A stretch of 64,000 nt of DNA from a virus: positions 1 through 64,000 of the IMG/VR virus record IMGVR_UViG_3300005100_000002, one strand, 5' to 3'. Positions within the stretch are counted from its first letter, which is position 1. Each line of letters opens with the position of its first letter. Of this stretch, positions 25,784 through 34,532 are shown in pieces. Under the pieces are notes generated by a model. That model was not told the origin of the DNA. It saw only the letters and a program-made list of their open reading frames with translations, and ran no database searches. The position numbers and the translations under genes are program-made.

Positions 25784-25966
25784 ATGAAATGTCCATACTG
25801 TGGTCACGAGAAACAAAGCGTGTATGACACCCGTCCATTTGGTGAAGAAACGTACCGGCGGAGGCTGTGCTTGGGCTGTGGCCGAAAATTTATAACCTAC
25901 GAACGGGCTCAAGAGGCCGACGACACTAAGGTCTTCGTCCGAAAGCGACGAAAAAGAAAGGAATGA
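25784..25966 (+). CDS. NrdR-like zinc-ribbon protein lacking the ATP-cone
   Basis: MKCPYCGHEKQSVYDTRPFGEETYRRRLCLGCGRKFITYERA aligns with the NrdR N-terminus (MxCPxC...V.DSR...RRRR.CL.C..RFTT.E). The protein is only 60 aa. Confidence 0.7.
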   Translation: MKCPYCGHEKQSVYDTRPFGEETYRRRLCLGCGRKFITYERAQEADDTKVFVRKRRKRKE

Positions 25967-25970
25967 CAAC

Positions 25971-27209
25971 ATGAAGATTTTGCACTTCTCCGACGTACAT
26001 TGTCGGGACCACGACATAAAAGAAATTGAAAAATGTCTAAATTTTATAGTCAAAAGAGCGCAGGAAGAGCAACCTGACATTATTATTTTTGCTGGGGATC
26101 TGTTTGATGCGGCAGGTATTCGCGCAGACAGCCTTTCAGCCAAACTTGCATTCAAAATATTCAAAGAACTGGCTGACATAGCTCCGATAGCTGCTATCAT
26201 AGGTACGCCCTCGCACGATAGCGATACAGCCTCCATTTTAAAATATATCAAAGCGCGCTATCCAGTCAAAGTAAGCACGCACCCCGAACAGCTCTATCTT
26301 TGCGAAGGTGATCTTGAATCAGATCCGGCTAAACTCTCCTGCCCCGACCAAGCGCCGATAGAAGCGGTTATTTCTCTATGCCTGGCACCTACCAAGCAGC
26401 ACTTTAAAACCGACAGTGATATAAAGACATCAGATGCAGAAATAGCCTCAGAATTAAGCAAGGTATTTCTTGGCTTCGCGGCCCAGGCAGCAGAATATGA
26501 TTGCCCACAGATCTTGGTACTACATTGTACAATCAGGGGTGCTGCCATATCCGACACACAGGTAATGACCGGGCGTGACATTGAGATCGGGAAAGATCAG
26601 GTCGAAATGTCAGGCTGCGATATTTGCCTTTGCGGCCATTTGCATTACCCTCAAAGAATCCATAATAGCAATATCTTCTACTCCGGCAGCATCGTCAGCC
26701 TAAATTGGGGGGAAATTCACGATCATGGCTTTTATATCCACGAATTAGAGGGCAAAAAGCTGATAGAATCTCGCTTCATCCAAACCCCATCAACAAAACT
26801 AATAAAACTGTCCGAAGACCTCACAGGTGCAGGCGATTTGGCAGACACAACGGGACTTCCGTTAATGGACATACTCTTGTCATCAAAGGCATTCAGTGAC
26901 GTCCAGGACGCCAAGGTTAAGGTCGAGCTCAAGGTATTCCAGGATGAAGCCAAAAAGATTAATACTGAAGAGCTTAAAGAAGCTTTCCTGGCAAAAGGGG
27001 CCAAAGAAGTTGATGTCCAGCTTGTAAGAATCCCAAGGGAAGCCACCAGAAGTCAGAAGATCCTTCAGTTAACCAGCTTGCGGGATAAGTTAATCGAGAT
27101 GGCGGCTCTAAGAAATGAGATCGTGCCTAAATCTATATTATTGAAGGCAGACATGCTTGAATCTGAAGAATCCGACAAAATCATTAGCGAGGTAACGAAT
27201 GCAGCCTAA
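25971..27209 (+). CDS. sbcD: SbcD/Mre11-family nuclease
   Basis: Calcineurin-like phosphoesterase motifs ILHFSDVHC, AGDLFD and CGHLH. Confidence 0.85.
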   Translation: MKILHFSDVHCRDHDIKEIEKCLNFIVKRAQEEQPDIIIFAGDLFDAAGIRADSLSAKLAFKIFKELADIAPIAAIIGTPSHDSDTASILKYIKARYPVKVSTHPEQLYLCEGDLESDPAKLSCPDQAPIEAVISLCLAPTKQHFKTDSDIKTSDAEIASELSKVFLGFAAQAAEYDCPQILVLHCTIRGAAISDTQVMTGRDIEIGKDQVEMSGCDICLCGHLHYPQRIHNSNIFYSGSIVSLNWGEIHDHGFYIHELEGKKLIESRFIQTPSTKLIKLSEDLTGAGDLADTTGLPLMDILLSSKAFSDVQDAKVKVELKVFQDEAKKINTEELKEAFLAKGAKEVDVQLVRIPREATRSQKILQLTSLRDKLIEMAALRNEIVPKSILLKADMLESEESDKIISEVTNAA

Positions 27210-27558
27210 CACGCCCGTAGAATGGAAAGAGTTAGTTGATACATATAACTATATGTATTCTGTTGAGTTTAGGTCAGCACGTGCAATGATTAAATATCTG
27301 TATAAAAAGCATGAAACACTTGAAGGTGTTTCCGAAATTATGGGCGTGAGCGGCTGGACTATCAGCAAATACATGGATAAGTGGGGACTCAAAAAGCTAC
27401 CAAAAGGGCATCGAGGTAATTCTGCCATTCAGATAGCTTTTAAGTCGATAAAAAGGATAGACCAATATACCCATCAACAGATCGCAGGCATGCTCGGATG
27501 CAGTTTGGGTTACATAACCTGGCTTAAGCGTTATTATAGTAATGTGGAGAATAAATAA
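27199..27558 (+). CDS. HTH-containing hypothetical protein
   Basis: 119 aa with two HTH-like segments (GVSEIMGVSGWTISKYMDKW and IAGMLGCSLGYITWLKR). Confidence 0.55.
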   Translation: MQPNTPVEWKELVDTYNYMYSVEFRSARAMIKYLYKKHETLEGVSEIMGVSGWTISKYMDKWGLKKLPKGHRGNSAIQIAFKSIKRIDQYTHQQIAGMLGCSLGYITWLKRYYSNVENK

Positions 27559-27608
27559 TGCCCAGTAGAAAGATATACGGATAGCCCTGGAAACGCAAAA
27601 GAAGATAG

Positions 27609-27842
27609 CTGGTTCAGGGATGGAGAGAACATGTTATAGCATGTTCGGAATTTTCCTGCGAGAAATGCGGCAAAACCCTTGAGGAAAAAGATTTGTCTGC
27701 CCATCATATAAAGTCGGTATCTCAATATCCTCTTGAAAGCATGGATATCAACAATGGGATGGCTCTCTGCAAGGAGTGCCATGCAATCGTACATTCTGAA
27801 ATGGGTTGCAGGCCAATTGATCTAAGATGTAACGCAGAATAA
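27609..27842 (+). pseudogene. 5'-truncated HNH endonuclease copy (3' duplicate of 23854..24687)
   Basis: About 230 nt aligns with 24468-24700; the first ~55 nt are identical. Encodes WREHVIACSEFSCEKCGKTLEEKDLSAHHIKSVSQYPLESMDINNGMALCKECHAIVH with no ATG; an upstream in-frame TAG is present. Confidence 0.6.
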
Positions 27843-27857
27843 TAGAAAGGAGATAGC

Positions 27858-28145
27858 ATGAGTGATAGCATGGGTGATAGCAGAAAACTATACAAAACCG
27901 CAGTAAACACCTTCGGGCATGGCGCACAAATAGAAATGGCTATAGAAGAATGCGCCGAACTGATACAGGCCTTACAGAAGTTTAAGCGCAGAAAGCCTCA
28001 CAATGTAGCTGAAGAAATAGCTGACGTCGAGATAATGTGCAAACAACTTCGCATAATTTTTCCTGGAGTAACTGAAAATAAAAAGGCAAGATTGATCCGG
28101 CTTAAAGAGTTGATTGATAAACGGAATACGGAGGCGATCAGTTGA
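27858..28145 (+). CDS. MazG-like nucleotide pyrophosphohydrolase
   Basis: 95 aa with EECAELIQALQKFKR...EEIADVEIMCKQL, the all-alpha NTP-PPase EExxE...D pattern. Confidence 0.7.
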   Translation: MSDSMGDSRKLYKTAVNTFGHGAQIEMAIEECAELIQALQKFKRRKPHNVAEEIADVEIMCKQLRIIFPGVTENKKARLIRLKELIDKRNTEAIS

Positions 28146-28322
28146 TATTAAGGCTGCTTAAAGTTTTCTTTCCAAACAGTTTCACGGTGGGATGGGTTAC
28201 GGGGTCTTTGAGCGTAGCACTTCTTGCCACTGCGGACTTGAGCATTGGGGGATGCGTGCTCATTGCTATATTAATTTATTTTTTGGCCCAGTGGTTGGCT
28301 CTAAAATGTTTGGAGATGTAGA

Positions 28323-28652
28323 ATGCCCACCCCAGCCAAAACAATAAAATACCTCCGCAAGCAAATTCCTTCCTTCAAATGCAAAGAAGGCTGTTCTGAC
28401 TGCTGCGGGCCGGTACCGTTCTCAAGATGGGAATGGACGCAGGTCAAAGACAAGAAGGAGGCTACAGGGATAACGTGTCCGTATGCTTCGGAGGACGGAT
28501 GCGAGATATATGAGCAACGACCTATTCTGTGCCGTTTGTTTGGCGTCATCGAAAAGATGCCATGCCCACATGGGCACAGACCTTCCAAGCTTTTGTCTAA
28601 AAAGAAAGAATGGGAGATTATGGACAAATATACTGCGGTTATGGATAGATAA
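28323..28652 (+). CDS. YkgJ/UPF0153-type Cys-cluster (Fe-S or Zn) protein
   Basis: CKEGCSDCCGP...CPYASEDGCEIYEQRPILCRLFG. Confidence 0.6.
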   Translation: MPTPAKTIKYLRKQIPSFKCKEGCSDCCGPVPFSRWEWTQVKDKKEATGITCPYASEDGCEIYEQRPILCRLFGVIEKMPCPHGHRPSKLLSKKKEWEIMDKYTAVMDR

Positions 28653-28837
28653 TGTCAGCCAGAAGAATATTTTGCGCAGGCTGCAACAAACATCTGGGCG
28701 TTATTCGGGACGCAAGGCTTCGGAAGGATATTTCGTTTCTGTGCAAGGCATGCGAGACCAAGAGAGCGGCGCTGGAGATGCAAAGGAAGGGTGGGAGTTC
28801 CGGGGTGGGGGAATTGTTTGGGGGGTTGTTTAAGTGA
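28652..28837 (+). CDS. zinc-ribbon protein
   Basis: 61 aa with CAGCNK...CKAC. Confidence 0.5.
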   Translation: MSARRIFCAGCNKHLGVIRDARLRKDISFLCKACETKRAALEMQRKGGSSGVGELFGGLFK

Positions 28838-29202
28838 TGACGAAAAAAAATAGAAGCGCACTTGATGCAAAAGACGAAATAATTAAAATATTTATGGCGC
28901 CGATGCAGGCTGAAATAGACAGATTGAATGCTGAAAACAAGGCCAGGGCTGAAGAAAATGCGATTATTGAAAAAAAGATATCGCAAGGCTTATGTGTTGC
29001 CAGCCATTATACTTTTTGTCCTTGTAAAGAATGCGAGGCGCATAGTTTAGCGTATGATATTGTCGATGGTAAGCCAGCAGCGCAACCAGCCCTCGACGCA
29101 CTGGTTAAGGGTGGGTTCACAAACAAAGAAGCAAGAAAATGGTTTGATATATTCGACGATTTGGGGATTTTTACAGAAGTTGAATTGTTTGGAAACAAAT
29201 AA
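28834..29202 (+). CDS. hypothetical protein
   Basis: 122-aa ORF with an ATGA overlap to the upstream gene. Confidence 0.5.
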   Translation: MMTKKNRSALDAKDEIIKIFMAPMQAEIDRLNAENKARAEENAIIEKKISQGLCVASHYTFCPCKECEAHSLAYDIVDGKPAAQPALDALVKGGFTNKEARKWFDIFDDLGIFTEVELFGNK

Positions 29203-29208
29203 TAATGC

Positions 29209-29237
29209 TTGACAAATATAACAAGTGTCCTTATTGT
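29209..29237 (+). promoter_or_regulatory. sigma70-type promoter (twin of the one at 16169)
   Basis: TTGACA (29209-29214), a 17-nt spacer, then TATTGT (29232-29237). It shares cttgacaaata with 16168-16178. Confidence 0.5.
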
Positions 29238-29275
29238 TACCATTAAGTTAATCTTAATAATAAGGAGATATAAAA

Positions 29276-30052
29276 ATGGCGATAGAAAATCTTGTGGCGG
29301 TGAGTGGAAATATTATTTTGTGTGACAGCCAGGTTGTTGCTGATAAATTTGAGAAAAAACATGCTTATATTGTGCGACTTGTTCAAAAACTTATATCTGA
29401 TTTTGGAAAAATTAAGGGTGATTCCAAATCACCCTTAATTAGAGAAAAAGAAGGCGAATATCGAGGCAAAAAATATATTTATTATGAAATGGATAAAAAG
29501 TTTTTTGCCCATCTTGCAATGCGGTTTAGGGGCGAAAAAGCGTTTGAATGGCAATGCAAATTTATTGATGCTTTTTTCCACATGGAGCAGCAACTTCTCG
29601 AACAAAGAGTTCAACAAAAAAATATTGAATGGCAACGAGAACGTGAACAAGGCAAGGAAATTCGACTCGATCTAACCGATATTATTCAAACATTTATTCA
29701 GTATTCAAGAGATCAAGGCGCAAGCGAAAAAGGCGCCAACATGTATTATTCCAACATAACACAAATGGAATATAAAGCGCTTGGCCTAATCGAGAAGAAC
29801 GAAAAAGTGAATAAAGGCCTTCGCAACACATTAGATATTATGGATTTGTACAGCCTGCTTTCAGCCGAAAGGGTAGCTCGTAAAGCATTGTCAGACGGCA
29901 TGAAGCAAGAACTACATTACAAAGATATATTTCAAATAGCCAAAAAGGATGTAATGCAACTTGCCGATATTATGGTAATTAAACCAAGAATTAAATGGAA
30001 CGAAAATATTGAAAAAAGTGTGATAATTGCACAAGGAGATATCGCCTCATGA
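29276..30052 (+). CDS. Rha-family phage regulatory protein
   Basis: The N-terminus ILCDSQVVADKFEKKHAYIVRLVQKLI fits the Rha (pRha) pattern. Confidence 0.65.
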   Translation: MAIENLVAVSGNIILCDSQVVADKFEKKHAYIVRLVQKLISDFGKIKGDSKSPLIREKEGEYRGKKYIYYEMDKKFFAHLAMRFRGEKAFEWQCKFIDAFFHMEQQLLEQRVQQKNIEWQREREQGKEIRLDLTDIIQTFIQYSRDQGASEKGANMYYSNITQMEYKALGLIEKNEKVNKGLRNTLDIMDLYSLLSAERVARKALSDGMKQELHYKDIFQIAKKDVMQLADIMVIKPRIKWNENIEKSVIIAQGDIAS

Positions 30053-32361
30053 AAATACTTAGACTACGACTTAAGAATTTTGTCGGAATACAGAAGGGAC
30101 TAAATCTATCAGAAATAGACATCGAGCTTGGCTCGCTCAGCGGGCTTGTCTCTTTGAGCGGAAAAAATGGTTCGGGCAAGTCAACTTTTTTAGATTGCTG
30201 CACTCCGTACGCCCGCCTTGCCAGCCGCAAGGGCACACTTCAGCAACACACGTACGGCAGAGATGCAGAAAAGGAGCTGTCCTTCGAGTTCCAAGGGAAT
30301 ACCTATCGAACCCTAATCAAGATTGACGCAGAAGGCACCAGGTCTCCAGAAGGCTATATCTGGAAGAACAAAAGCAAGAAGAGCGAGGTCGATAGCAAGA
30401 TATCCAATTATAATCGTTACATTGTAGAATTATTCGGGACCCCGGAACTATTTTTTGCCTCAGTCTTCTGTAGTCAAGGCGCGACAAAGATATCGGATCT
30501 TACGACTGGTGAACTAAAAAAGCTTTTTTCAGAATTTCTCCGATTGCAGCGCTATATAAACTACGAAGACACCTCCAAACAATGCAACAACCTCCTTACC
30601 AGTCGTGCAAGCAGCCTCAACCGTGACATCGAAAACCTGAGAATCTTAACCGACGGTTACGCTGAAGCAGGCGCATTGTTGGCTTGTGCTAAAGGAAAAA
30701 AGGCAGCTCTTGAACAAAACCTCCTTGAACTATCAAAGAACCTTGAAAAATCCGAAGCCGAGTTAGCCACGATCCGGGCAGATATCCAAAAAAACGAAAT
30801 GATCCAGGCGAAACTTGCCGGATTGCAGGCAACGCAGGATCGTCTGACTACCGAGATAGAAGAAGATCAGAAGCAATTGGAATTTGAGTTATTAGAACCA
30901 CGAACAAAATATCGCAAGCTGGTGATTGACATTGCCAATTTGGATATCCTTTTGGCAAACGAAACGGACATTAGAGAAGCAGCAACACTGGCTGAAGCAT
31001 TAAAGAAAGATATTGCTAAAACAGAAGGCAACCTTAAGGACGCAGGCCGGTTATATCTCGCTACAAGAGGTGCTGTGTCTGAAAAAGAAGCAGAGATAGC
31101 AGAGTTTCATTTAGAGCATGAACGACTGATCGGTAAAACCAAGAGAGATAGGAATGCATTAAAAATAAAACTGGAGCATGCACAACTAAAACTGGTAGAT
31201 CTGGACAAACGAGATCCCGATTGCGTATCAAAAACGTGTTCATTTATCTTAGGCGCATTGTCTGCCCAGAAAGATATCCCGGAATTAGAGCTTCAAATAA
31301 CGAAAAGCATTGAGGGCATCGCTAAAGCAGAAAGGGCATACTCTAACACTCGGAACCAGCTTAATGCCGACATGAGGGCTCTCAAAGACACGGAATCCGT
31401 TCAGCAGGCAGAAAAAGAAGAGATTGAAGCCAAAATAGCCAAGTTTGAAAACAAGCTCTCGCAAATTGAAACTTTGGCGGACGAACTCCCCGGGGTGGAA
31501 ACAGCCCTTGTCCGAAAAACAGATCTTGAAAAACGTCAAGTCGAGAACATCGCTGCCGGTAAAAAGACAAAAGATTTTTGGGAAAAGCGGATTATTGAGA
31601 AAAAAGGTCAATATTATGCGACAATTACAATAGTCGAAGAGAAAAAAGCCGAAATAAAGATGATGGCTGAAGAAATGTTTGGAATTGTAGGACAAGACAT
31701 CTCCAGCTTTAAAACTGCTATCACCGAACGAACAAGCGAAGTCGCTGATAAGATTGCCGAGATCTCCCGGCACGAACAGGACGTTGCCCGGAAAGAACAG
31801 GCTCAAAATGAGCTTATGGATAAAACAGCAAAAAGAGAACTTGTTGTCAATGAAGCGAGCGACTGGCTGTATCTCAAAAATGCGTGTTCTGCGAAAGAGT
31901 TGCGGGCATTAGAAATTGATTCGGTGCTCCCATCAATAGCAGCTTATGCAAATGATCTGCTTATTAGAACATTTGGGACTCAATATACAGTACGATTCCA
32001 GACACAAGACGAAGAAACCGGGCGTGAAATCTTAGACATTATCGTTATCAGAGAAGATGGCTCGGAAGTACCGATAGAAAACCTGTCGGGAGGTCAAAAA
32101 GTGTGGCTGTTAAGCGCCTTAAGGCTTTCATTAACACTTATCAGTCAGGAAAAAAGCGGCAAGAGTTTCCAGACTGGCTTTGCGGACGAGTCTGACGGCT
32201 CATTGGATGTCGGCCATGCTATAGAATACGTTCAAATGTATCGGGCGTTTATGAAGGTCGGTGGATTTGAGAACTTCTATTTTATAAGTCATAAGCCGGA
32301 TTGTGTGTCGCTTAGCGATCATGTCCTGAAATTTGAGAAGGGTGGAATTACAATTGATTGA
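30049..32361 (+). CDS. sbcC: SbcC/Rad50-family ATPase
   Basis: Walker A LSGKNGSGKST, a long central coiled coil, the signature LSGGQ, and Walker B/D-loop FADESDGSLD. Confidence 0.85.
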   Translation: MKILRLRLKNFVGIQKGLNLSEIDIELGSLSGLVSLSGKNGSGKSTFLDCCTPYARLASRKGTLQQHTYGRDAEKELSFEFQGNTYRTLIKIDAEGTRSPEGYIWKNKSKKSEVDSKISNYNRYIVELFGTPELFFASVFCSQGATKISDLTTGELKKLFSEFLRLQRYINYEDTSKQCNNLLTSRASSLNRDIENLRILTDGYAEAGALLACAKGKKAALEQNLLELSKNLEKSEAELATIRADIQKNEMIQAKLAGLQATQDRLTTEIEEDQKQLEFELLEPRTKYRKLVIDIANLDILLANETDIREAATLAEALKKDIAKTEGNLKDAGRLYLATRGAVSEKEAEIAEFHLEHERLIGKTKRDRNALKIKLEHAQLKLVDLDKRDPDCVSKTCSFILGALSAQKDIPELELQITKSIEGIAKAERAYSNTRNQLNADMRALKDTESVQQAEKEEIEAKIAKFENKLSQIETLADELPGVETALVRKTDLEKRQVENIAAGKKTKDFWEKRIIEKKGQYYATITIVEEKKAEIKMMAEEMFGIVGQDISSFKTAITERTSEVADKIAEISRHEQDVARKEQAQNELMDKTAKRELVVNEASDWLYLKNACSAKELRALEIDSVLPSIAAYANDLLIRTFGTQYTVRFQTQDEETGREILDIIVIREDGSEVPIENLSGGQKVWLLSALRLSLTLISQEKSGKSFQTGFADESDGSLDVGHAIEYVQMYRAFMKVGGFENFYFISHKPDCVSLSDHVLKFEKGGITID

Positions 32362-32381
32362 TCTGATAGTTAATATCATGA

Positions 32382-32654
32382 CAATCCGCCATAGCAATTG
32401 AGTTCGTTGATGCTCGCTACACCTCACAGAAGTGCAGTGTGTGCGGATACATCTCCCGCTCTAATCGACAATCTCAAGCTGTTTTTAAATGTAAACAATG
32501 TGGATTTTCCCTTTCAGCAGATTTAAATGCCAGCCGAAATATTCGGCAAAATTACCTGGACGCTATTTGCCACCCAGGTAGCGCTCCAGCCAACGAGCGT
32601 AATGTAGGAAGCGATGCTGTCAAAGACTCTTTGAGTAATTGCGCTGACGCTTGA
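32382..32654 (+). pseudogene. tnpB: TnpB (IS200/IS605 OrfB, Cas12-like) 3' remnant
   Basis: IAIEFVDARYTSQKCSVCGYISRSNRQSQAVFKCKQCGFSLSADLNASRNI is the zinc-finger plus RuvC-III end of TnpB. The N-terminal ~300 aa are absent. It begins 20 nt after the sbcC stop. Confidence 0.75.
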
Positions 32655-32700
32655 GCTTACTTACAAGCCCACGTGTTTTAACTGTGGGTGGTTGACTGAA
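32560..32700 (+). ncRNA. possible residual omega-RNA / right-end region of the TnpB element
   Basis: TnpB guide RNAs overlap the 3' end of tnpB and the IS right end. Hairpins seen here: CGCUC..GAGCG (32582-32599), GCG-CUGA-CGC (32641-32650) and CCCAC..GUGGG (32668-32688). Confidence 0.3.
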
Positions 32701-32743
32701 TAGATTCAATCTACAGGCTTGTTATATTCGGGGAGAATAGATA

Positions 32744-32923
32744 ATGGTTTTATGCAAAAGATGTAACAGGCCTACTGTTAATGCTGGATTAAAAGTTTGT
32801 GATTCTTGTCTTAAATCGGAGATTGAATCTTCGCCTATTCGATTAATTGGAGACGATAACGGACTCACGGTCTGTGTAGATTGCGAAACAAAATATAACA
32901 AAACACTTGAGCCGACCATATGA
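32744..32923 (+). CDS. zinc-ribbon mini-protein (59 aa, below cutoff)
   Basis: MVLCKRCNRPTVNAGLKVCDSCLKSEIESSPIRLIGDDNGLTVCVDCETKYNKTLEPTI, with GGGAGA upstream. The C-terminus is supplied by R-element fragment R5. Confidence 0.5.
   Translation: MVLCKRCNRPTVNAGLKVCDSCLKSEIESSPIRLIGDDNGLTVCVDCETKYNKTLEPTI
32891..32920 (+). repeat. R-element 5' fragment (R5)
   Basis: aaatataacaaaacacttgagccgaccata aligns with the first ~30 nt of R2 and R3. Confidence 0.55.
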
Positions 32924-33030
32924 AAAAAATAATAAGAATATTTTATTGGATTAATCATACTTGTAAATATCTCGTATGGGCAATATTGCTAAAACCTTGG
33001 CCGTGGGAAAAACACAAATGAGGTGGAGAG

Positions 33031-33129
33031 AATATAACCAATCACTGGAGCCGACCATCAAAGCTGGTTCGTTCACGTGAAAGCATTATCAGCGATGCAT
33101 CCCAGTGTGGCGGCTCAGTTCAGACGTTA
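33031..33129 (+). repeat. R-element copy R2
   Basis: aatataaccaatcactggagccgaccatcaaagctggttcgttcacgtgaaagcatta...agtgtggcggctcagttcagacgtta. Confidence 0.7.
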
Positions 33130-33147
33130 TCTTTCAGGAGAACAATT

Positions 33148-34524
33148 ATGAGTAAAAATTATGTGGATAGATCAAACGATGAAGAAATTATTGATATGGA
33201 AAAAAACTCAAAACTTATAAGAGAAATTAAGGCAATTGCTGACAATCCGGACACACACTTCTGGACGAAATGTAAAGAACTAACTAAAATCAAAACATAC
33301 AATCGCCCAGGATCGTTTAAGGGTGAGGAGTTGATAAGAAAATTTTTTGAAACCTGCGCCGGAAAATTCCATAGCAGGTTTGAATCAGCATACGTCAGGC
33401 CATATCTTGACAACTGGCGTGATGATTGTGATGCTTTTGACTATGTAAACGAAAAGGACTTGAATATTGATCTTGCACACAAGATTGGTCGGAAGCCACG
33501 CGGGATAACAGATATTGACAAAAAACTAAATGGCCGGGAACGGTTTGCCAATTACATAAAAGCAAAATATCCAGACGCCTTTGAAGAGTTCAAGGAAATA
33601 AAAAAGGTCAGTTGGAGCAATGGCTCAGAAATGAAAAAAACAGAGGATTGCGCATGGCAGCATATATTCGGCCATCGTGTAAGCCGTTATCCCTGCTTTT
33701 CCTTTCATGGAGTTAACGACAAAAAAGCATTATGGCGAACTCCAAAAGGAACGCAGCTAAACAGACGAAGATTCGATCTTGACTTGGAAAAAGCGCAGAA
33801 AGATTATGATAAGTTCAAAGATGCTTCAGGGCTGCCACCTCGATACCTCTACAATGAAGTATCCTTGGCCGAGCTTCAGCACGATCACAAGAACCATACA
33901 TACGCAATATTCAAAGGCTGCTATATCATAACAAACACAGTAATGAATTATGATAGCTCAACTGTCGCCTTTGGGTTAGGAAAGATAGTTAGCACCGATA
34001 GGTCGATCACAATAAAACACATAAAACGTCCATCGATTACACGAAGACTCAAGGCTTATGCAGGGAACTTTGTTTTAAACATGATAGAAGATCGCCTTGG
34101 CAGGGTGAAAAAGGTTGAGGTTGAAGCGAAGGTAAGGCCAGTGCAGTTGAACCCTAAAATGGAAGTAATCGAAATCGCACAATGCGGTGGGTTTAGAATA
34201 TTTAAACGCTTATTCTCTGGAGTCCATTACGATTACTGCGTTTTAAGGAATGGCACAACACATCATTGTACGACAATTTTACAATGCATTGTCGGCTGGA
34301 AAAAGAAAAAGGCGCTATCTAAGGTTGGAGCAAAGATTCTTAACATGAAGGCTATAAGATCCCTCGGTTTTTGTCCGGCAGGAATAAGGCAATTTTGTTC
34401 AGACAACAATATAGACAGCCATGATGACTATACGGCTGAAGAGCTGAGAGTTATAGTGAATAAAAATTTATCGTATAATAAAAATCATTATGGCCGTGAG
34501 TTGAGGCAGGTGGAGATACTTTAA
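33148..34524 (+). CDS. hypothetical protein, no recognisable motif
   Basis: 458-aa ORF with AGGAG upstream. Bracketed by R2 and R4. Confidence 0.7.
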   Translation: MSKNYVDRSNDEEIIDMEKNSKLIREIKAIADNPDTHFWTKCKELTKIKTYNRPGSFKGEELIRKFFETCAGKFHSRFESAYVRPYLDNWRDDCDAFDYVNEKDLNIDLAHKIGRKPRGITDIDKKLNGRERFANYIKAKYPDAFEEFKEIKKVSWSNGSEMKKTEDCAWQHIFGHRVSRYPCFSFHGVNDKKALWRTPKGTQLNRRRFDLDLEKAQKDYDKFKDASGLPPRYLYNEVSLAELQHDHKNHTYAIFKGCYIITNTVMNYDSSTVAFGLGKIVSTDRSITIKHIKRPSITRRLKAYAGNFVLNMIEDRLGRVKKVEVEAKVRPVQLNPKMEVIEIAQCGGFRIFKRLFSGVHYDYCVLRNGTTHHCTTILQCIVGWKKKKALSKVGAKILNMKAIRSLGFCPAGIRQFCSDNNIDSHDDYTAEELRVIVNKNLSYNKNHYGRELRQVEIL

Positions 34525-34532
34525 TAGTGATC

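Noticed and set aside
28142-28321. A TTG-initiated 59-aa membrane ORF between the MazG and YkgJ-type genes
   Set aside because: It is hydrophobic and plausible, but it depends on a TTG start overlapping the upstream stop and has no clear ribosome-binding site. It is not supported well enough to list.
32382-32654. A functional TnpB nuclease or an intact IS605-family element
   Set aside because: Only the last ~90 codons are present, preceded by an in-frame stop. There is no tnpA, no left end, and RuvC-I and RuvC-II are missing.
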